Virus record (IMG/VR): IMGVR_UViG_3300020183_000053
Span: 1 to 64,000 of that record
DNA: 64,000 bases
Strand: one strand, 5' to 3'
DNA from: a virus
The notes below the pieces were generated by a model. The model had not been told where the DNA came from and made no database searches. It saw only the letters and a list, made by a program, of their open reading frames with translations. Positions within the stretch are counted from its first letter, which is position 1. Each line of letters starts with the position of its first letter. Of the stretch, positions 54,455 to 63,122 are shown piece after piece. The position numbers and the translations under genes were made by a program.

Positions 54455-54993
54455 CACGGTCCTCCAGCGCCGAAGCGAATACCCGCCTGCGTGCGCAGCT
54501 CTGCACCCATCACCAGCACGAACGCGCGCAGCATCTGCGGGCGCACGTGTGGGGCGCTGGCTGTCAGCCACAGCACGTCGCGCGGCAGCATCTTTCGCGT
54601 GCCTTCCACCACCCAGGACACGTGAGGCGGCACGTTAGCCCACCATCCGAGCAGGTAGTACGGGCGGGCGCCGCCACCAGCGCCACCAGCGCGGAACTTG
54701 ACTTCGCCCTGCAGCGCGGCGGCCATGCGCCCGGTGCGCGTGTGCACCACGTGCGTTTCGCCAGCGTGCACTCTGATAGTGCCGTGCCGCTTGGCATACG
54801 GGTGATCCATCCGGCGCAGCTGCTGCAGTGTGTGGTCGGTGCGGGTAAGGTTGGCGTAGACCGCGCCCTTCGCCACCTCGCCCGCCTTGCCCATCGCCCG
54901 GCCAGCGGCATCGCGCAGCACCCGGTCGGACAGCTGGCGCAGGTTGATCACCGTCGCCTCAATGCCGACCACCCGTGTGCGGTTCGCTGCCAT
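54454..54993 (-). CDS. HK97 gp10-like neck/tail completion protein
   Basis: V.G.E.....L; RTG.M; VEGTRKM.PR. Confidence 0.7.
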   Translation of the reverse strand: MAANRTRVVGIEATVINLRQLSDRVLRDAAGRAMGKAGEVAKGAVYANLTRTDHTLQQLRRMDHPYAKRHGTIRVHAGETHVVHTRTGRMAAALQGEVKFRAGGAGGGARPYYLLGWWANVPPHVSWVVEGTRKMLPRDVLWLTASAPHVRPQMLRAFVLVMGAELRTQAGIRFGAGGP

Positions 54994-57818
54994 CAGCCCA
55001 CCTCGCAGCCACTATCCGCCAGCGGGGCCGCAGGGTCAAGCGCATCCAGCTGCAGCTCCAGCAGCGCGTCCAGGTCAACCTCTGCGGGTACCGCAGAACG
55101 CCCCGCGCCCAGCTTCGGCTGGTCAGGTGCGTGCTCGGCCAGCCACTGGTGCATCTGCTGCACCTGCCCGTGCAGCGTGTGGCTGGGTGCCAGCCGCCGC
55201 TGCGCTTCACCCAGCAGCAGCCGCCCGATGCGCAGGTGGTACAGCGCGGCCTCGCGGAATGGCAGGTACCCGTTCCCCGCGCAGCGCATCGCTGCCTCAT
55301 AGCACGCCCACTGTTCCTCGCGGCGGTTATCGTTGCCGTATTGCAGGCCCAGGCTCACCCATGCGCCTGGGCTGGTGGGGTCGTCCTGCAGCTGCTTCAC
55401 GAGCAGGCGCGTGTACCGTGCCAGCTTGGCCTGCATGGCCTCGGGGCCGCCGCTCAGGCCACGGTGGTCCACGGTGAACGGGGCATAGCGCACCTGCGGG
55501 TGGATGCCGCGCTCACCCAGGGCGGCCATTCCCTTTTCCAGTGTCTCGTGCACCCTGTAGCTGAACCGCAGGATGCCACCTGCCAGCCGGAACAGCCGGG
55601 TGTTTTCGGACCAGTTCCAGGCGCCGTCTGCCCGCCAGTTACGGAACCGGAACAGCCACGCCCAGCTGTCGGTGACCTCGACCATGCGGCGCAGCGCAAT
55701 CGTGGCCAGGAACGTGCTCTCATACTGCTCGTCGGGGTCCATCACAAGGCACCACGCGCAGCCCAGCTCGCGCAGCCGGTCCACGCCCGCGTTCCGCGCT
55801 GTGCCCAGGTCGTCATTCAGCGGGTGGTACACCCACTCCGCACCGTACCGGGCGGCCACGTACTGCACGTCGGCGCTGGGCGCGGTGCCCTCGGGGCCGG
55901 TCCACACCAGCACCACGTGGTCAGCCAGCGCATACAGGCTGTCAAGGTGGCGGTGCAGGTCGTACAGCTGCTCGCCATCGTGCCACAGCATGGTGAACCC
56001 CAGCCCGTTGTCAGGCTGCCAGGGTGCCAGCTGCATCCCCTCCTCGCGCACGATGTGGTCGTACCCGCCCGCGCCACTGGTGCGTCCCTGGGTGAGCACA
56101 CTATCGGGGTTCTTGTCTTTGCCACGGTAGAACGCCACTTTCCGCAGCCGGTCAGCGTGGCGCAGGTATCCATAGTGACGGAACCGCAGAGCGGCCACGC
56201 GCTTGGCGTTCTCCCCCGCATCGGGCACGTTCCCGCAGTGCAGCCCGATGTCGTTGCCCGCCAGCACGTTCTGCACGCTGGGGTGGGTCACACGCCACAG
56301 GCGGAACCCGCGCATCGAGCTGCGATAGTCGGGGCCGCACCACGGCACGTCCACGCGGCACAGGCGCGGGCTGTCCCAGTGGTTCGCCCAGCCCACGTCA
56401 TAGTGGGTCACCAGCGGGTCGGGGTTGCGCATCCACTTCTGCAGCAGGGCGCGGTCCACCCGTTCCTCCACCACCTCGTCGTGGTCAACGCTCAGCAGCC
56501 AGTCGGGCGCAAGCTGCAGCGCCAGCCGGATGGCGGCGTTGCGCTCGTCGCGCTCGTTCCACTCGCCCACCCAGCTGCGCACCAGCACAGGCACGTCACG
56601 CTGGCTGCAGGCACTGGCCAGCCGCTCGGCCCACACCTGCAGCACGGCGGCCTGCTCGTCTGGCGTGGCGTCACGGCAGGCCTCCAGCAGCGCCTGCTCT
56701 GCAGGCTCGAACAAGCCAGCACGCCACTCGGGTGTGGTGGTAACCTCCGCAGGGTTGCCGGTGAGCAGGATAGCGATGCCGTCCACCAGCTGGCTGGTGC
56801 GCCCGATGCTGGCGCGCAGCATCGCAAGGTCGTTCGGCACGTGCAGCTTCACGCGCCACAGCGCCACCAGCCGCTGCTCGCGGTCGGTGTAGCCCTCCCA
56901 GGTGCGCAGGTACGTCGGCAGGTTCGCCAGCCCGCGCTGCGCATCGGGGAACACAGCGTCCAGCGTCTGGTGGCCCAGGTGGTGAACGTAGCAGTTAGTC
57001 GCGATGGCCATACGCCAGCCCAGCAGCTGCACACGCGCGGCGATGTCGTTGTCATCGTACCCGCCGATACCGTACTGCGGGCGGATCAGACACGGCTGGC
57101 CCTCGTGCTGCTCCAGCAGCTGCAGCAGGCACTCGCGGCCATACAGCACGCACAGCCCTGACAGGAAGCTGGCGGCCATCGGTGTCCACCCGTTCTGCTC
57201 GGCGTAGTCAGCAGCGAAACGGTCCAGCATGGCGTCTGCATCTGCCGTGAAGGCGCTGCCTGTCGCCATCTTTACGTCGGGCGCACGCACCTGCTGCATA
57301 CCCGCCACCACGTTTGACACGGGGCCGACCATGCCGATGCGCCCGTAGCCACCCACAGGGTGCGCGGGCGCCTGCTGACCGTAGCCCGCCACCTCACCCT
57401 GCAGCCGAACGTCGGGCGTGTGCAGCGCACCGTGCATCCGGTGCAGCCAGCCGGGCGTCACGCGCACGTCGTCGTTCATGATCACCACAGCGGGCGGCAG
57501 CCCACCGTGCTCCAGCGCCACCTGCACCCCTGCGTTCACAGCGCCAGCCCAGCCCGCAGGCCCAGGCATCTGCACCCACTGCAGCAGCACCTGCTGGCGC
57601 TCGCCGCTCGCCGCCTGGACCATCGCCGCCACCTGCTGCTGCAGCTGGTCGATACTGCCGTCTGCCAGCCCCTGCGGCAGCGGGTTCACGACCAGCATCA
57701 GCCGCCAGCGGTCCACCTGTGTGCAGGTGAGCAGGCGCTGCACGCACGGCAGCACCAGATCGGCGCGCCCCATCGTGGGCACAATGACGAGGCAGTGGTG
57801 TTCGTTGTCGTGGTGCAT
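54993..57818 (-). CDS. Multidomain glycosyltransferase (three GT-A/GT2-like domains plus TPR-like end)
   Basis: GT#1 IVPT...N.G...MNDDV..TPGWL...GGYDDND; GT#2 NERDERN...DWLLSVDHDE...HYGY; GT#3 LG.ARN......W.LVMDPDE...RVHE; helical C-terminus. Confidence 0.85.
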   Translation of the reverse strand: MHHDNEHHCLVIVPTMGRADLVLPCVQRLLTCTQVDRWRLMLVVNPLPQGLADGSIDQLQQQVAAMVQAASGERQQVLLQWVQMPGPAGWAGAVNAGVQVALEHGGLPPAVVIMNDDVRVTPGWLHRMHGALHTPDVRLQGEVAGYGQQAPAHPVGGYGRIGMVGPVSNVVAGMQQVRAPDVKMATGSAFTADADAMLDRFAADYAEQNGWTPMAASFLSGLCVLYGRECLLQLLEQHEGQPCLIRPQYGIGGYDDNDIAARVQLLGWRMAIATNCYVHHLGHQTLDAVFPDAQRGLANLPTYLRTWEGYTDREQRLVALWRVKLHVPNDLAMLRASIGRTSQLVDGIAILLTGNPAEVTTTPEWRAGLFEPAEQALLEACRDATPDEQAAVLQVWAERLASACSQRDVPVLVRSWVGEWNERDERNAAIRLALQLAPDWLLSVDHDEVVEERVDRALLQKWMRNPDPLVTHYDVGWANHWDSPRLCRVDVPWCGPDYRSSMRGFRLWRVTHPSVQNVLAGNDIGLHCGNVPDAGENAKRVAALRFRHYGYLRHADRLRKVAFYRGKDKNPDSVLTQGRTSGAGGYDHIVREEGMQLAPWQPDNGLGFTMLWHDGEQLYDLHRHLDSLYALADHVVLVWTGPEGTAPSADVQYVAARYGAEWVYHPLNDDLGTARNAGVDRLRELGCAWCLVMDPDEQYESTFLATIALRRMVEVTDSWAWLFRFRNWRADGAWNWSENTRLFRLAGGILRFSYRVHETLEKGMAALGERGIHPQVRYAPFTVDHRGLSGGPEAMQAKLARYTRLLVKQLQDDPTSPGAWVSLGLQYGNDNRREEQWACYEAAMRCAGNGYLPFREAALYHLRIGRLLLGEAQRRLAPSHTLHGQVQQMHQWLAEHAPDQPKLGAGRSAVPAEVDLDALLELQLDALDPAAPLADSGCEVG

Positions 57819-57896
57819 CTTCTGCGCTCCCCGCCTCTCGGGCGTGTGTGTGGGGTGCGCAGTGTATCGCGGGCGGGCTACCTTGGGGAGCCAGCG

Positions 57897-58526
57897 TCAG
57901 GGCGCGTACCTGTCAGCCCGCAGCTGCCAGTGGTGTGGGCGCACGCCGAAGCCCACACGCACCTCACGCACGCCACCCACCAGCCACTGGTCGCCAGTGG
58001 CCTGCTCCACGATGTAGTCCTGCGGGCTGGGCGCCCAGGTTTCCTCATAGTCCAGCAGGAACGTGGCGGCGTCCATCGCCTGCACGCCCTGGTTCTGCGC
58101 TGGTGCGCGCATGAACCCAGACCACCCCAGCACGGCGAGCTTCGCCTCGGCCACTGTCACCAGCATGAACTGCGGCGTGCCGTCCGCACTCACCGCCTGC
58201 ACCGCCACTGTCGGCACGGTGGCCTCGTTCGCCAGCCCGGTGGTGGCCACGCTGGTCAGTGTGGCGAAACGCTTGGTCGTCACCTGGGTTCCGTTTGCCG
58301 CGAAGGTTAGCGTTTCGCTCTGTGCCGCACCACCGGGTGCCGTGCCCACCAGCTCCACGGTGCCGCTGCCTGTGGTGCCGCCAGCCACAGTCACCTGCAG
58401 GAACGCCTGCCCCAGCAGGGCGCGGGTCGGCGTCAGCGTAGCTGCTGCGGTGGTGGCCACCAGCGCGAACGCCGTCTTTCGGCGCACGTCCACCACCGTG
58501 TTCGCGCTGCTGGTGACCGTGCTCAT
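57897..58526 (-). CDS. Head-closure (stopper)-like protein with an extra beta-rich insert
   Basis: C-terminal D.IV....W.V..V......HHW.L pattern; Thr/Gly-rich N-terminal half. Confidence 0.5.
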   Translation of the reverse strand: MSTVTSSANTVVDVRRKTAFALVATTAAATLTPTRALLGQAFLQVTVAGGTTGSGTVELVGTAPGGAAQSETLTFAANGTQVTTKRFATLTSVATTGLANEATVPTVAVQAVSADGTPQFMLVTVAEAKLAVLGWSGFMRAPAQNQGVQAMDAATFLLDYEETWAPSPQDYIVEQATGDQWLVGGVREVRVGFGVRPHHWQLRADRYAP

Positions 58527-59032
58527 GCCTTGGTGCCCCACACGAACGTGTCCAGCCCATTCCGCTCCAGCCGCCCCTGCAGGCTGGCCCACCCACAGGC
58601 GGCGCGCAGCACCTGCAGCATTTCGTCGGGGTCGCGCCCCCCGTAGTAGCCGGGCGTCGGGCTGTCCTCCAGGTGGTGCTCGGGCCGCAGCCTGCTGGCA
58701 CAGCTGAACGCCAGCAGGCCACCGGGCCGCAGGTGCTGCGCCGCTGCCTGCAGTGTCTGCTGCCAGAACGGGTCATGCTCCAGCATCTCGGTGCTCACCA
58801 CCACGTCCACCGGGCCACCCACAGGTGGGTGCTCGTGGGCGATGCCCACCACGTCCACGCCAGCGCCAGCGTATGCGTCGATACCCAGGTAGTACGACGG
58901 CGCCGGGAACAGGCGGCGCGGGCTGCCGTTGATGTCGCGGCTGCCATACTCCAGCACTCGCGCACCAGCGGCGAACAGGTGGGGATGGTTCAGGCGCAGC
59001 CCGCTCAGCCAGTCCATGACGGTGGCGTGCAT
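58523..59032 (-). CDS. SAM-dependent methyltransferase (glycan-associated type)
   Basis: VLEYGSRDING, Y.GID...G.GVD.V, DVVVSTEMLEHD, LRPGG. Confidence 0.85.
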   Translation of the reverse strand: MHATVMDWLSGLRLNHPHLFAAGARVLEYGSRDINGSPRRLFPAPSYYLGIDAYAGAGVDVVGIAHEHPPVGGPVDVVVSTEMLEHDPFWQQTLQAAAQHLRPGGLLAFSCASRLRPEHHLEDSPTPGYYGGRDPDEMLQVLRAACGWASLQGRLERNGLDTFVWGTKA

Positions 59033-59652
59033 CAGCTCTCCAGGCTGGGCGGCGCCAGCGTTTCCGTGGTGGGGTCTGCCGCTGGCGCGTCGGCCTGCGC
59101 CTGCGTGTCGTGCGCTGTGGGCGCCTGTGCGGCCTGTGGGGGCGCCTCGGGCTGCGGGGCGGCGTCGGTGCGGACGGTGCGCTTGCGGGCCGCCTGCGGG
59201 GCGCTGGCGGGCGCCTGCAGCGTGTGCTGCGGCTCCCACGCACCGGCTGCCAGTGCCTGCACCTGCACCTGCGCTGCATCAGTCACCACCACCCGCAGCG
59301 CCGCATCGGCCACTGTCAGCGCGTGCACCTCGTGGTGCGTGGCCAGTACCTGCAGGGTGGCGGCCAGCTCGTCCACGGGGCCAGCCACCAGCACCACCAC
59401 GGCAGCGCGCAGGTCCGCGCTGCCCAGCTGCGCGCCCAGGTAGGCAGGGTCACCCGCCAGCAGGGTGGCACGCCCCACGTGCGCGCGCCAGCCGCCCGCT
59501 GCAGCCACCGCACGGCCACGCCCCACAGGCGGCAGGGTTGCGCCCGGTGGCTGGTCCAGCAGCAGCACGTGGCGCGCATAGTGCAGCCCAGGCTGGGCGC
59601 TGGGCAGCAGGTCCATCGTCGGCAGCACGCCCACCACGTCGTTCTGGCTCAC
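59032..59652 (-). CDS. Hypothetical protein
   Basis: Coupled between the dehydratase and the methyltransferase; low-complexity tail. Confidence 0.6.
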   Translation of the reverse strand: MSQNDVVGVLPTMDLLPSAQPGLHYARHVLLLDQPPGATLPPVGRGRAVAAAGGWRAHVGRATLLAGDPAYLGAQLGSADLRAAVVVLVAGPVDELAATLQVLATHHEVHALTVADAALRVVVTDAAQVQVQALAAGAWEPQHTLQAPASAPQAARKRTVRTDAAPQPEAPPQAAQAPTAHDTQAQADAPAADPTTETLAPPSLES

Positions 59653-60638
59653 GATGCCTCCATTTCAGTGAACGGCGCCAGCTCAACGCTGGAGCCATGG
59701 TATTCGCTCAGCAGGGCGCGCAGGTTTTCGGGCGCCAGCAGGTCGGCGGTGGCTTCCCAGCCCAGGGCGCGCAGGCGGCTGCCGTCCACGCGGTAGGCTG
59801 CATCCTGCCCAGGCCGGTCAGGGCTGGTGACCACAGCCTCGTCCTCGTGCACGCCCAGCTGGGAGGCCAGCGCCAGCACCACCTCGCGCACGCTTGCCAC
59901 ACGTGGTCCGGCGATATTGAAGGTGGCACCAGTGTTCACCGCGCCCGCAGCCAGCCACGCGGCCACGTTGCACAGCGCGTCCGCGAACTCGTGCACCGCC
60001 ACCCACTGTCGCAGCTGGGTGCCGCCACCGTGCAGTGGCACAGGGCGGCCCGCCTGCAGCAGCGCGCAGGCAATCGGCAGCAGCTTCTCGCCCAGCTGTC
60101 CCGCCCCCCATGCGTTGCACCCGCGCGTGATGGCGTACTGCAGCCCGGCGCTGGTGCCCATCGCGCGCACCGCCAGCTCCCCGGCTGCCTTGCCTGCGCT
60201 GTAGGGGCTGCTCGGGCGCAGCACGCTCCACTCTGGATAGGGGCCACTCAACGCAGGGCCATACACCTCGTCGGTGCTGCAGTAGACCAGCGGCACACCA
60301 GCCGACGCGCACGCAGCGGCCACCACCTGGGTGCCGTAGCCGTTGACCAGCATAGCCTCGCCCGGCTGCTGCAGGCTGCGGTCCACGTGCGACTGCGCCG
60401 CAAGGTGCAGCACTACGTCGGGGCGCGCGCCTGCCAGTGCCACCCGCACGTCGTCGGGCGAGCACACGTCACCCAGCCACAGCTGGTCGCCCAGCGCGCT
60501 CTCCACAGCGCCCCACCCGGTGGCGGCACGGGTGCGCGCGTCCAGCACGGTGACACTGCGCGCGCCGTGCGCCTGCGCCAGCTGGCGCACCACGTGCTGC
60601 CCGATGAACCCTGCACCACCTGTGACCAGCGTGCGCAT
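59649..60638 (-). CDS. rmlB: dTDP-glucose 4,6-dehydratase-like SDR
   Basis: LVTGGAGFIG, HLAAQSHVDRS, STDEVYG, PSSPYSAGKA, EKLLP, DRPGQD..Y. Confidence 0.9.
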   Translation of the reverse strand: MRTLVTGGAGFIGQHVVRQLAQAHGARSVTVLDARTRAATGWGAVESALGDQLWLGDVCSPDDVRVALAGARPDVVLHLAAQSHVDRSLQQPGEAMLVNGYGTQVVAAACASAGVPLVYCSTDEVYGPALSGPYPEWSVLRPSSPYSAGKAAGELAVRAMGTSAGLQYAITRGCNAWGAGQLGEKLLPIACALLQAGRPVPLHGGGTQLRQWVAVHEFADALCNVAAWLAAGAVNTGATFNIAGPRVASVREVVLALASQLGVHEDEAVVTSPDRPGQDAAYRVDGSRLRALGWEATADLLAPENLRALLSEYHGSSVELAPFTEMEAS

Positions 60639-60862
60639 CACCGCCCCCTCGTGCGCCGTGTGCGGCGCGGCTCCGCTGCTGGCAGTTCCACCTGCTGCCA
60701 GCGTTTGCGCTGCAGCACCACCGCAGCCGTGGCGGTGTGTGCCTGGGCCAGCCACCCGCCTGCGGTGCGCTGGCAGGTCACCGCCTCTTCTGGCGTGTGT
60801 ACCACCAGCCCCTCGTCAGGGTCGCCGTCAACGTGTGGGCGTGTCCAGTGCGTGGTGGTCAT
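60638..60862 (-). CDS. Small hypothetical protein
   Basis: Coupled ORF. Confidence 0.5.
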   Translation of the reverse strand: MTTTHWTRPHVDGDPDEGLVVHTPEEAVTCQRTAGGWLAQAHTATAAVVLQRKRWQQVELPAAEPRRTRRTRGR

Positions 60863-61428
60863 GCGGTGGCGTCCGCAGGGAACGCCCGCACGTACCGAGC
60901 CAGGATTGCAAGCGCGGCGGCTGGCAGCGCGCTCTCGTCCAGCGTGTACCTGTAGCCGGAAGCGCCCTCACTGCTCATTCCAGCGTGCCGCGCCCGATTG
61001 AACTCTGCCACAGCGCACAGCGTGGCGGCGTGCTGCAGGTCCGCAGGCGGCTGCGCGTACCCGAACGTGTACGTGACCGCCACCTGCTGGCGCCCCTCGG
61101 GGAAGTAATACCCCAGCGGGGCCAGCCGCACGATGCCGGGTCGGTTGTCCACGTACCACTGCGTGGCCTGCAGTGTGCTGCCCGTACACACCACTGCCGC
61201 CACACTCTCCACAGGGAAGCCACGCAGGCGCAGCTCGCTGGTTCCTGCGTTTTCGATGTCGTACAGCTCAGTCACGGTGGTAGCGGTCAGCGCGGCCATG
61301 CCGCAGTAAGCCAGCACCTGCTGCTCGCCCACGTCCACGAGATCGTCCAGCAGGGCGTCGTGCATGGTGACGCCCGCCGGGATGCCGAGAACCCGCTTGC
61401 AGCGGGCGGTGCTGGTCAGTGTCGCCAT
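60859..61428 (-). CDS. Head-tail adaptor (gp6/gp15-like)
   Basis: D.LL..L......V..YCG, E.YD, L...PV.SV, V.VTY..GY...P.DL..A. Confidence 0.8.
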   Translation of the reverse strand: MATLTSTARCKRVLGIPAGVTMHDALLDDLVDVGEQQVLAYCGMAALTATTVTELYDIENAGTSELRLRGFPVESVAAVVCTGSTLQATQWYVDNRPGIVRLAPLGYYFPEGRQQVAVTYTFGYAQPPADLQHAATLCAVAEFNRARHAGMSSEGASGYRYTLDESALPAAALAILARYVRAFPADATA

Positions 61429-61429
61429 C

Positions 61430-61936
61430 TCACACCTCGGCAGCGCGGGGTCCGCGCCGGTAGCGATAACCGACATTCCCATGCGCTGCTGCGTGGCGCC
61501 GCTGGCGCGGGGTCAGGTTGCACTCGGCCAGCCCCCGTTCCTCCAGCAGCCGGATGGTGGTGCGCCACTCGCCGTCCGTGATGCCGCTGGCCTGGACGAG
61601 CGCCCGCTTGTCCTGCCACTGGTCGGTGAGCGCCGCGAAGATAGCGCGCTGGCTGGGTGTGCTGATGCGTGGTTTCGCGTCCTCAAGCGCCTGCAGCCAC
61701 TCGGCGGTGCAGTCCTGCCAGCCCAGGCACAGCGCCCGCGCGTGTGCAGCCTCACCCTGCAGGAACAGGGTATGTGCCACCTCACCACCCAGCTCAATGG
61801 CGCGGCTGTCGGTGGCCTCGTCATACGTGGCGAAGGCGATAGGCTGCGCGTCGTGGTGCGCTGCATCCCGGTCGTAACGCCGCAGGACGAACCGATAGGT
61901 GCCTGCAGCTGGCGGGGTGTCGTCGATTGCACTCAT
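61430..61936 (-). CDS. Hypothetical protein with C-terminal winged HTH
   Basis: IFAAL.....K..LV..SGI....W..TI..L.E.G; AGGAGG RBS. Confidence 0.6.
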   Translation of the reverse strand: MSAIDDTPPAAGTYRFVLRRYDRDAAHHDAQPIAFATYDEATDSRAIELGGEVAHTLFLQGEAAHARALCLGWQDCTAEWLQALEDAKPRISTPSQRAIFAALTDQWQDKRALVQASGITDGEWRTTIRLLEERGLAECNLTPRQRRHAAAHGNVGYRYRRGPRAAEV

Positions 61937-61957
61937 GGGGTGCGCCCTCCTGCGCGG

Positions 61958-61966
61958 ACTGTATCA
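61958..61966 (-). promoter_or_regulatory. Extended -10-like element TGATACAGT
   Basis: Intergenic, just upstream of the AGGAGG RBS of 61430..61936. Confidence 0.5.
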
Positions 61967-62111
61967 CGCGCGCAGTGTGGGTGCGCAGCACAGCCCTGCA
62001 GGGTGCGCAGCTGCACCTGCGCTGCGCACCACCCGCGCAGCAGAACGCCCGCCCAGCCGGGCGGCTGGTGCGGGCGCTGTGTGCCGCCGGGTGGCGGCGC
62101 GGTGCCGTCGC

Positions 62112-63119
62112 TTAGGTGGCGGCGATACCGGCCAGCACGCTGGCGCCCTTGGTGTTCGCGAGCACCACAGCGCCGTCCCAGTAGATGTCGAACTGGTCGA
62201 ACTGGCTGTCGGTGGTGGCCAGCGGCATCATGGTCATCGGGGTCAGCTCTTCCAGGTAGGCGAAACGCTTGTTCACCACCACCAGCGCGGTGGTGGGGTT
62301 GGTGGCTTCGCCCGCGAACGCCGTGATGCTGGTGCCGCTCCAGCTCATGGCGTCAGACATGCCGGTGGACACCACCAGGGGGATGCCGTCGTAGGTCCGC
62401 ACGCGGAACCCAGCGGCGATCTCCACCTCATTGATGAACTGCTGCTGCGCCTGCAGGGCGGCGTTCAGCTTGCGGATACCCTTGAACGAACCGTAGATAA
62501 CGAGATCGCTGCGGTTACCGCTGCCGCGCACGCTGTCGATGGTTTCGTCCAGCTTCGCCAGGGTGAGACTGCCGCCTGCGCTGGCGCTGGTCTGCGCCAC
62601 CACCTGCCCGCCGACCGCGTTGATGAGGGTCAGCAGACCGTTCATCATATTCGCGTCGCCGCCCGCGCCGTTGTTCCCGACGAAGATGCACGCCTCCAGC
62701 GCCTCGTTGAAGTCGTCAGCCTTCTGCATCATTTCTTCGGCGAGGATGTCGATGTAGCTGCGGCCACGTGCCCGCATCTTGCGGGTGACGCGCCCACGGG
62801 TGGCGAGCGTGGCGTAGGTGAACGTCGCCTGCGCGTAGCTGCCAGTGCTCTCCACCACGCTGTCGGTGTCAGCCACCCACACGTCGCCCACGCTCATGGA
62901 GCTGGCGGTGCGGCGGTTGATGATGGCTGCCGAACCGCTGCCCGGCTTGCGGTCCATCGTCCCCAGGGCGCCGAACTCGCGGATCGACAGCTGCTGGATG
63001 ATGCGGTTGGTGAAGTTCTGGACCAGCGTGCTGCCAGCGCCAGCGACGTTGATGGCGCGGGCGAACGCCTCGCGCTTCGACGGGTCGAGGCCCGCCCACA
63101 CGGTAGGGGTGGTGCTCAT
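62112..63119 (-). CDS. Major capsid protein (HK97 fold)
   Basis: 335 aa downstream of protease/scaffold; F.G.......GL, L..LDE.ID, TYDGIP.V; strong codon bias. Confidence 0.85.
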   Translation of the reverse strand: MSTTPTVWAGLDPSKREAFARAINVAGAGSTLVQNFTNRIIQQLSIREFGALGTMDRKPGSGSAAIINRRTASSMSVGDVWVADTDSVVESTGSYAQATFTYATLATRGRVTRKMRARGRSYIDILAEEMMQKADDFNEALEACIFVGNNGAGGDANMMNGLLTLINAVGGQVVAQTSASAGGSLTLAKLDETIDSVRGSGNRSDLVIYGSFKGIRKLNAALQAQQQFINEVEIAAGFRVRTYDGIPLVVSTGMSDAMSWSGTSITAFAGEATNPTTALVVVNKRFAYLEELTPMTMMPLATTDSQFDQFDIYWDGAVVLANTKGASVLAGIAAT

Positions 63120-63122
63120 GGC

